From: Candidatus Latescibacterota bacterium
GTDB lineage: Bacteria > Latescibacterota > UBA2968 > GCA-2709665
Reading direction: 5' to 3'
DNA: 64,000 nt
Assembly: GCA_965222075.1 (NCBI GenBank)
Contig: OZ244937.1
Coordinates: 4,832,001 to 4,896,000 of the forward strand
Position numbers and translations under genes: made by a program. Under the pieces are notes generated by a model. It saw only the letters and a program-made list of their open reading frames with translations, ran no database searches and was not told the origin of the DNA. Shown here in pieces: positions 57,331 to 64,000 of this stretch; the first letter of the stretch is position 1, and each line of letters begins with the position of its first letter.

Positions 57331-59322
57331 TTATGCCCATCCGTGGACGCCGTGGCCGCTGCCGGGGAACCAGACGAGGTCGACGATGAAGGAGACGAGC
57401 ACACCGGCCGCGCGGCCGACGATGATGCCGAAGAAGAGGGGACAGAATTTGCGGTAAAGCCGGACCCCGCCCACCCGCATGACAATGGCTTTGAACATCC
57501 AGACGATGAACAGGGAGGTGATTTCGTGGAGGATGCTGGTGGTGGTAACGATGAAACCCACCGGGTGGATCGGCCACCGGGGGAGGCGATAGCGGAGTGC
57601 GGTGAAGATGACGATGAGGATGGCCCCAAACCCAAAGAGGGCCAGGCGTTCCCAGGAGGCGGGCTCGGGGGATTTGATGTTGGTGATGATGCTGTCGTAG
57701 CGTCTGGGGGCATAGCGGGTGAAGGGGTATTCGGTGAAGTTGAATGCGCCGTGGGTGTAGCCCAGGTAGAGGACTAAGCCGATGTTGACGACCAGGGCGG
57801 CGAGCAGACCCAGGAGGAGGGCCCAGAAGACGCGGCGCTTGCCGGTGGGGATGCCGTCGAGGGCCTTGGCCCCCTGGGAGAGGGCGGGCAGGAAGTACAT
57901 CCAGCGGACAGCGTGGGATGTGGTGGACGCGGTAATGGTTTGCGCCGAGAGGGTTTCGGTACCCAGGATCTGATATCCGACGTCAAGAGGGCTGGTGGGA
58001 ATGCCCAGATAGAGGGTGCCGGATTCACAGATGAAGCGGGCAAGGGCGATGTAGATGACGATGGAGGCGGGGATGGTGATGGCGATGAGCCGGGCTTCCA
58101 CCCCGGCCTGATGGAGCCACCCGACGATGTAGAGCGTGCCCAGAGTGAGTCCGACCACAGCGGTCCGATAGGAGAAGATCTCTCCGGCGTCGTCCACGTC
58201 CGGATCGCCGGTGACGGCCTTGCGGAAGACGGCTTTGAGGTGACGGCGCGTGATCCAGAGGCCCCAGCCCACGAAGGCGAAGAGGGCGCCAAGGCTTTGC
58301 CATTTGATGAGGGGGTCGCCCCAGCTCCCTCCCGACTTGTGCATCTGCCCAAGCTGGAAGCCGGTTTTGCGGATGAGGGCGATTTCAGACATCAAGAGGA
58401 AGTGGAAGAACCAGATGGAGAAGAGGATTTCGAGTTTGACGAAGTAGCCGAAGCCGATGGTGTAGGTGTTGATGTGCGTCAGCAGGGGGGGGAAGAGGCG
58501 GGCGAAGTAGAAGAGTCCGCGGTTGGGGCTTACGCTGATGCGGGGCCAGGTGGGCTGGAAGTAGGTGATGATGTTCCACCCGATGATGCCGAAGGCGAGG
58601 GCAAATCCGGTCCAGAAGAGCCGCCCCTTGAAGAGGTCCGGCCATTTGGGACGGCCGGAATCGTCCCGGGCGTCATCCTTCAGGTCGAGGATGGGGGCGA
58701 GGAGGGGGTAGTCGAGACGTTCGTGTTCGATCCACTGTTTGCGCAGGATGACCACAATGCAGGCGCACACAATGAAGCCGGCCAGGATGAGGGTGAGCCA
58801 CCAGAAGAGGGGAAAGAACCAGGCGTTCCAGGGGATGTTAGCCCCTGTGGGCAGGCCTTCGTAGAGAAAGGTGGTCTGGAGGCCCTCGTTTGTGGGGAAG
58901 AGATGGGATGGGAGGTGGGGGTAGACGTGTTCGATCCAGCCGTTTTCGGGGGTGCCCCGGTAGTAAGGCACGGCCATCAGGCCCAGCCAGATGCCGGTCA
59001 GACCCCGGGCCGGGATCATGGCGGCCGTCAGGCCCATGGCGAGGATGGTGGACAGCTCTGAAGGGGTAAGCCCCACCACACCGGGTCGGGTGCGAAGGAT
59101 GAGGTTGGCCGTGACGATGAGCATGAAGAGGACGAAGAAGGAGATGGGGAGGTGGGTGATGTTGATAGCCGAGGTATTCGCCGCGGTGCGCGAGTAGGTG
59201 ATCCAGGCGCTGATGAGGGCCGATGCCAGGATGCCGATGCCAACCCCTCGCAGGGTGATCCCCTGGCCCTCTGCCTGGGGAGTGGGCGCAGGCCGGGCCT
59301 CTGCAGATACTGAAAGTGCCAT
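57331..59322 (-). CDS. Polytopic membrane protein (DUF6785-like, putative transporter)
   Basis: IPWNAW..PL..W, LRKQWIEHERLDYPL, WPIHPVG, GGVRLYRK..PLFFG. Confidence 0.75.
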   Translation of the reverse strand: MALSVSAEARPAPTPQAEGQGITLRGVGIGILASALISAWITYSRTAANTSAINITHLPISFFVLFMLIVTANLILRTRPGVVGLTPSELSTILAMGLTAAMIPARGLTGIWLGLMAVPYYRGTPENGWIEHVYPHLPSHLFPTNEGLQTTFLYEGLPTGANIPWNAWFFPLFWWLTLILAGFIVCACIVVILRKQWIEHERLDYPLLAPILDLKDDARDDSGRPKWPDLFKGRLFWTGFALAFGIIGWNIITYFQPTWPRISVSPNRGLFYFARLFPPLLTHINTYTIGFGYFVKLEILFSIWFFHFLLMSEIALIRKTGFQLGQMHKSGGSWGDPLIKWQSLGALFAFVGWGLWITRRHLKAVFRKAVTGDPDVDDAGEIFSYRTAVVGLTLGTLYIVGWLHQAGVEARLIAITIPASIVIYIALARFICESGTLYLGIPTSPLDVGYQILGTETLSAQTITASTTSHAVRWMYFLPALSQGAKALDGIPTGKRRVFWALLLGLLAALVVNIGLVLYLGYTHGAFNFTEYPFTRYAPRRYDSIITNIKSPEPASWERLALFGFGAILIVIFTALRYRLPRWPIHPVGFIVTTTSILHEITSLFIVWMFKAIVMRVGGVRLYRKFCPLFFGIIVGRAAGVLVSFIVDLVWFPGSGHGVHGWA

Positions 59323-59615
59323 GGGGCAGGCGCTCCGTGGTTTTTTTGTGGGTGAAAGATCGGGTTTAAGGTTTTCCAACATATATAGATTGCTGTTCCC
59401 CGTCAAGGAAGGAAGAGAGCGGTGGTAAGCGACCCCAGGGGTGTTGTGGGCAGGTGACGCGGAAGGATAACCATAACTTTACAGAGGCAGAAAAGGAGTG
59501 TATATTATATCCAAGTTACGTTGTTTGGCCCATTCATATCCTAATCGTTAGCGTCTTTCACCCTGGCGATATCCCCGGCGAGTTTTCTTACCGACCTTAC
59601 AAAAGGAGGTCCGAG

Positions 59616-60842
59616 ATGAGATACATGCTTTCTCTGATTTGTGTGATTGCCGTGTCGTTCGCCCTCGCCGGCTGCGGCGGCAAAGGCGGGTCGCCTTCCG
59701 GGCCGTCGAACGGAGGCACGGGGAGTACAGGCGGCAGCACAGGTGAGAGCACAACAGGCAGCGGCAGTTCCGCCCGGGATGCGCAACAGGGTGGAAATTT
59801 CTTAGATGTTAACACGTTTCCCCAGAATCTCCTCATACAGGGCTGCCCCGGCGTGGACTGTATTCCGGCGCTGACCGATCCGACCTTTGTGGATGCATCT
59901 TCGGCGGACGCCGGCTATCTCAGAGATACCGACCTGGTGATGGGGGTGGTGGCCAACGGAGAGGCGAAGGCCTACCCCCACAACATCGGGTGGTGGCACG
60001 AGGTCGTGAACGACAAGGTGGGCGAGCAGCCGGTCGTGGTCAGCCTCTGTCCGCTGACAGGCACGGGCATGGTGTTCGACGGCAAGTGGGAGGACGGCGA
60101 GCGGCTTTACACCGGGGTGTCGGGTCTGCTGTTTAACAACAATCTGGTGATGTACGACCGGCCTTTGGAAGGGTCCTCGACCCTCTTCCCGCAGATGACC
60201 TATAAGGGAATCGTGGGCCCCCGGGAGGGGCAGGCGCTGAGGCTGATACCGGTGGTGGAGACGACCTGGGGCTACTGGAGGGCGCTTTATCCCAATACCA
60301 AGGTCATCAGCGGCAATACGGGGGTATATTCCGTGAACCAGTACACGGCGTACCCCTACATCCAGGGAGGGGCAGACTACCGGATTGTCGACGATTTTGT
60401 TATTTATCCCCTGTCTCCATCCTACGACGAGAATCAGACCAGCCGGTTCTTCAGGCCCAAGCATATGACCCTGGGCGTCCGGTTCGACGATTTGGCCAAG
60501 GCCTACCCCTTCCCGTCGCTGGGAACCGAGTCGGTGATTAACGACCGGTTGGCCGGGAATGACCTTGTGGTGGTCTATTACGCCCGGGAGGAGCTGGCCA
60601 TTCCCTACTACCGAAAGATTGTGGATAACAACACCGAACGCATCCTGACCTTTGAGAAGGTGGCTTCCAGCACGACTCTTTACCCCTTTATGATGAAAGA
60701 TAAGGAGACCGGGTCCACCTGGAACCTGAAGGGTGAGGCGGTGAGCGGAGCGCTCAGCGGAAAGCAGCTGACGCAGATTCCGGCACACAACGCCTTCTGG
60801 TTTGCCTGGTCGACCTTCTGGCGGAATACGGGCGTCTTTTAG
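59616..60842 (+). CDS. DUF3179 domain lipoprotein
   Basis: Lipobox LAGC, G/S/T linker, GCPGVDCIPAL, HEVVND, SLCPLTG, SGLL.NNNLVMYD, AFWFAW. Confidence 0.85.
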   Translation: MRYMLSLICVIAVSFALAGCGGKGGSPSGPSNGGTGSTGGSTGESTTGSGSSARDAQQGGNFLDVNTFPQNLLIQGCPGVDCIPALTDPTFVDASSADAGYLRDTDLVMGVVANGEAKAYPHNIGWWHEVVNDKVGEQPVVVSLCPLTGTGMVFDGKWEDGERLYTGVSGLLFNNNLVMYDRPLEGSSTLFPQMTYKGIVGPREGQALRLIPVVETTWGYWRALYPNTKVISGNTGVYSVNQYTAYPYIQGGADYRIVDDFVIYPLSPSYDENQTSRFFRPKHMTLGVRFDDLAKAYPFPSLGTESVINDRLAGNDLVVVYYAREELAIPYYRKIVDNNTERILTFEKVASSTTLYPFMMKDKETGSTWNLKGEAVSGALSGKQLTQIPAHNAFWFAWSTFWRNTGVF

Positions 60843-60892
60843 AGTATTGAAGATTGCAAATTGGTCCCGCCATCTCTATTGTGAGGTGAAGG

Positions 60893-62704
60893 ATGCTTGA
60901 CAGGTCGCACCGGGGAATCGCCGTGTTGACTGGCGCGCTGGGGCTTTTGTGGCTGGGGTGTTTTTCGTCTGCAAGCCAGGGCGCTTCCAGGGCCGAGGTA
61001 GACATAGAGCCTGATCCAAAAATCAGGGCGCTGCTGGAGCGGATCGTATGGCTCGCCTGGCGCAACGGGGAAGAGGCGACACGGTTGATTGAGGAGGCGC
61101 TTGAACAGGCGGAGCAGCTCCCCACAGAGGAGGATCGAACGGTTTCCCGTATGCGCGTCCTGGCGCTTAAGAGGCACGTTGCGAGGGACCGGAAAGGGCA
61201 GGTTCAGGCGTATGAGGAGGCGCTGAAGCTGGCCCGTAAACTGGGGGGGCGCCGGCTGGAAGCCCGCATGGTCAAGGAGATCGGCTTTGCAGGGTATCGC
61301 GCAAGAAGGCTGGAGGACGCTGTTTTGATACTCGACGAGGCGGCCCGGCGGCTTCGGCGCGTTGGCAATGGACAGGGGGCAGGGGAGGCGCTTCAGTGGA
61401 AGGGCAGCGCACTCCTGAGTATGGGGCAGTTTGCCGAGGCAAGGGAGGCGTATCTGCGGGCCCGGGACCTGCTGGTCAAATCGAAGTCCTTTTCGTGGGT
61501 TGCCATGTGCGACGCCGCACTCGGGTTCATCGGCCGCGTTGACCATGCCAGGGTGCCCGTTTTTATGACCAGCCACAGCTGGGCCTGTGAGATGGTCCAG
61601 GAGGTGGACGGGGTGCTGACCTATACGGGGCGTACACGGGCGGGGGGCTATGCCGCCCGGGGGGAAGAACGGGTGTTTCGGACCCTGCTGTTCGACGAGG
61701 CCGGATATATGGAAGAACTGGTGAATGCGTCCAGGCAGGCGGGGGAGGTATGGGAGGAGGACACCCGGTCCTTCGGCCGGCATCCGCTTCGAACCGTGGG
61801 TACCATTGTTGGTGATCGGGAACGCGTGACGGTGCCCGTCGGGACGTTCACAAACTGCCGCGTGATCCGCACGGTGACCCGGGAGACGGAGCAGACGCTG
61901 TCTGAGAGTGCCAGGACGCGCCGGTTGAACCGACGGTACTGCGGGGTAAGGGAGGTGTGCTATGCGCCGGGTGTGGGCATTGTTCGCGTGCGCGTTGCGC
62001 GAAAAGACGGCATCAACACGGCCCTTGTACTGAAAGATTACTCGATCCACGGCAAGACAAAGGATTACCTGCCTTTGGATGTGGGCAACCGGTGGGTTTA
62101 CGGCTGGCAGGGGACAGACGGGGAGGACCACTCTGCCGAACAGGTCTTTGAGGTCCGTTTCAACGTCGCCAACAGGGTAAGCTACCTGTCTTTCTACGCT
62201 TATGCGCACCGCATGGATGCCCCCCCCAGGTTCAGAGCCGATTCGCGGGCGGTCCAGGCGGGGTATACGCCGCAGGATCTGCCGTTGGGCGAACCGTCCT
62301 ATGTGGTCGCCCACGAACGGTTTGCGCAGTGGACCGATCACACCCGGTTTATCGCTCGAAGCGGCGAGATGGTGCGGGTGCTTGTGGGGGAGAACAATGC
62401 GGGGGTTCACGCGGTTCAGGTGACGCCCACGGTCAGGGGCGAGAGGGTGGATTTCAGGTTTGAGGCGATCGACAGGGGACAGCGTGTGGTGGCGGCATGG
62501 CACCTTGACGATGCAAGGCCGGGAAAGGGGGTTACCACTTCGGCCCGGTCCGTGTTTCGGCTTGAATATATGATCAAATTGCAGGTGAAACCCACGGTGA
62601 CGCCCGTAGGAGAGGTGGACATCGAATTCAGTGCGCTGGTTGCCATCCCCCCCACGCGAGAGGAGGCGAGACAGTGGAGGGCCGCCTCGAGGCGTGAAGG
62701 ATGA
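60893..62704 (+). CDS. Exported TPR-containing hypothetical protein
   Basis: Signal-like N-terminus, TPR-like helices, then a beta-rich region (VTVPVGTF, YAPGVGIV, YLPLDVGNRWVY). Confidence 0.65.
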   Translation: MLDRSHRGIAVLTGALGLLWLGCFSSASQGASRAEVDIEPDPKIRALLERIVWLAWRNGEEATRLIEEALEQAEQLPTEEDRTVSRMRVLALKRHVARDRKGQVQAYEEALKLARKLGGRRLEARMVKEIGFAGYRARRLEDAVLILDEAARRLRRVGNGQGAGEALQWKGSALLSMGQFAEAREAYLRARDLLVKSKSFSWVAMCDAALGFIGRVDHARVPVFMTSHSWACEMVQEVDGVLTYTGRTRAGGYAARGEERVFRTLLFDEAGYMEELVNASRQAGEVWEEDTRSFGRHPLRTVGTIVGDRERVTVPVGTFTNCRVIRTVTRETEQTLSESARTRRLNRRYCGVREVCYAPGVGIVRVRVARKDGINTALVLKDYSIHGKTKDYLPLDVGNRWVYGWQGTDGEDHSAEQVFEVRFNVANRVSYLSFYAYAHRMDAPPRFRADSRAVQAGYTPQDLPLGEPSYVVAHERFAQWTDHTRFIARSGEMVRVLVGENNAGVHAVQVTPTVRGERVDFRFEAIDRGQRVVAAWHLDDARPGKGVTTSARSVFRLEYMIKLQVKPTVTPVGEVDIEFSALVAIPPTREEARQWRAASRREG

Positions 62705-62760
62705 AGTGTGTTTTTTCAATATTCATCCTGGCAATATTATAACTTAAGGAGGAGATTGCT

Positions 62761-64000
62761 TTGGGAGATGCACCGTTTGATCAGAAGGCGCTGGTGGCCG
62801 CGTTTACACGGTTCGACAACGGGCAGAACGGGGGCCGCGGTTCGTCGGATAATCCGGACTCGGGGGCCCTGGGATGGGGGGAGAGCGGGGTGCTGGACGC
62901 GTATGTCAAGCTCTACGAGGCGACCGGAAACAGCAGGTGGTTGAATAAAATCGTGGCGCATTTTGACCGGATGGTCGCCAATATGGAGGATCACTTCAAA
63001 GACGGGTACGGCACCTGGGTGACGAAGACGTATTCGGTGGCCCTGGTGCGGACGGGGCGAATGCTCAACCGGGGGACGGCGCGGATTGTCCCGGAAGAGG
63101 AGCGCATCTGGACAACCCGGGGCGGCGATGCAATTGAAGACCGGGAGTGGATTGTTGAGTTTCAACCGGGGCGGCAGTACCGGGTGTTTGAGTACGGGAC
63201 CCGAAGGCCGGTGGGGAAAGGGACCTACCGGTCGGGGGCACCGATTGAGACGTTCGCGCCGTTTAAGGTCTCGATTGAGGGGAAGCCGCAGCCGGGCGAC
63301 CGGTTCTGGGTGCAGACGTTTGGGGGAGAGTTGATGGAGTACATTATCCACCAGGGCATGTTTCTGCATCCGGTGAGCCGGTTTGTGGCGTGTGTGCTGA
63401 GAGACCGGAAGCTGAAGGTCCGGTACGGGAAAAAAGCCAGGGAGTACCTGGATCTGATCGGGAAGATTGCCGGGAAGCACGAGCGGGATTGGGTGGATAT
63501 GACGCGTACGGCCGGGGGCTACCGGTTTCCGCCGTTGAAGACGGACCGCTTCCCCAACCGGATCCTGCCGCACAACCAGTACCTGGCCATCGGACGCGCC
63601 TATCTGTATCTGCAGTCGGTTTCCCGAAAGCGGCTTTTTGCAGACCGCGCAGAGCGGATGGCGCGGAATTTCAAGCGGCATCTGTGGAAGACGGGCCGGG
63701 CCTATACCTGGCACTACTGGGACTGGATCGAGGAGGGCGAGCCCGGGCACAGCGGGGTAGAGGATACGAGCCACGGGCACATCGACATCGGGTTCGCCGT
63801 GGATGCCTGCCGGAGGGGCGTGGTGTTCACCAACAGCGATCTGAAGCGGTTTGCGCATACGCTGCTGGACCAGATGTGGAACGGGTCGCTGGAGGATCCG
63901 GTGATCGGGGGCCGGGTGGACACCCGGGAGGGGGATGCGATGAACCCGGGGGACTGGATTGATCTGTGCCAGTGGCACCCGAAGGTGTGGGATGTGCTGT
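62761..64000 (+). CDS. Hypothetical alpha/alpha-toroid-like protein (runs off window)
   Basis: AGGAGG RBS, TTG start, open to the window end: LGWGES..AYVKLYEATG..WL...LPHNQYLA...YTWHYW..EDTSHG.ID. Confidence 0.7.
   Translation, partial: MGDAPFDQKALVAAFTRFDNGQNGGRGSSDNPDSGALGWGESGVLDAYVKLYEATGNSRWLNKIVAHFDRMVANMEDHFKDGYGTWVTKTYSVALVRTGRMLNRGTARIVPEEERIWTTRGGDAIEDREWIVEFQPGRQYRVFEYGTRRPVGKGTYRSGAPIETFAPFKVSIEGKPQPGDRFWVQTFGGELMEYIIHQGMFLHPVSRFVACVLRDRKLKVRYGKKAREYLDLIGKIAGKHERDWVDMTRTAGGYRFPPLKTDRFPNRILPHNQYLAIGRAYLYLQSVSRKRLFADRAERMARNFKRHLWKTGRAYTWHYWDWIEEGEPGHSGVEDTSHGHIDIGFAVDACRRGVVFTNSDLKRFAHTLLDQMWNGSLEDPVIGGRVDTREGDAMNPGDWIDLCQWHPKVWDVL

Noticed and set aside
59616-60842. DUF3179 as a second selenoprotein
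   Set aside because: The motif is Cys-coded (SLCPLTG, TGT) and there is no in-frame TGA.
60839-63978. Long minus-strand ORFs (626 and 413 aa)
   Set aside because: Antisense shadows of plus-strand genes that have an RBS and protein-like sequence. The same applies to 5113-6384, 9824-11116, 20415-21629, 46600-47727, 47676-48908 and 49007-50230.
1-64000. CRISPR array, tRNA or rRNA
   Set aside because: No regularly spaced direct repeats or RNA-gene signatures seen by eye; the repeats present are isolated palindromes.

Overview
GC-rich (~60%) bacterial chromosome segment. The TonB-dependent receptor/DUF4249 pair, DUF6785-like protein, five Gfo/Idh/MocA oxidoreductases and PhyH, sulfatase and heparinase-like genes suggest a diderm heterotroph of the FCB/Latescibacterota type; this is inference only. 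Housekeeping core: rimO-folA-thyA, rpmB, folC, pdxJ, ubiD/mqnL-like and mmsA. The rest is mostly catabolic genes. No rRNA, tRNA, CRISPR array or intact transposase was seen. Main observations: (1) FolC is fused to a C-terminal RimK-like ATP-grasp domain next to folA/thyA; (2) an AhpD/CMD peroxidase-like gene has an in-frame TGA in a CxxU motif followed by a SECIS-like hairpin; (3) a GH106-like protein apparently lacks its catalytic acids and follows a membrane-anchored receiver and a tandem McsA-type zinc-finger protein; (4) a degenerate CbiX + molybdopterin-oxidoreductase-like fusion; (5) a 2 kb mosaic of toxin-antitoxin pieces retains antitoxins but not toxins; (6) a pdxT remnant and an internally deleted PdxR sit beside intact pdxJ; (7) a 4.6 kb block has reversed GC skew and is bounded by a TnpB scrap and a REP element; (8) there are many deletion scars and several intergenic repeat families. 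All family calls are by motif recognition, not database search.
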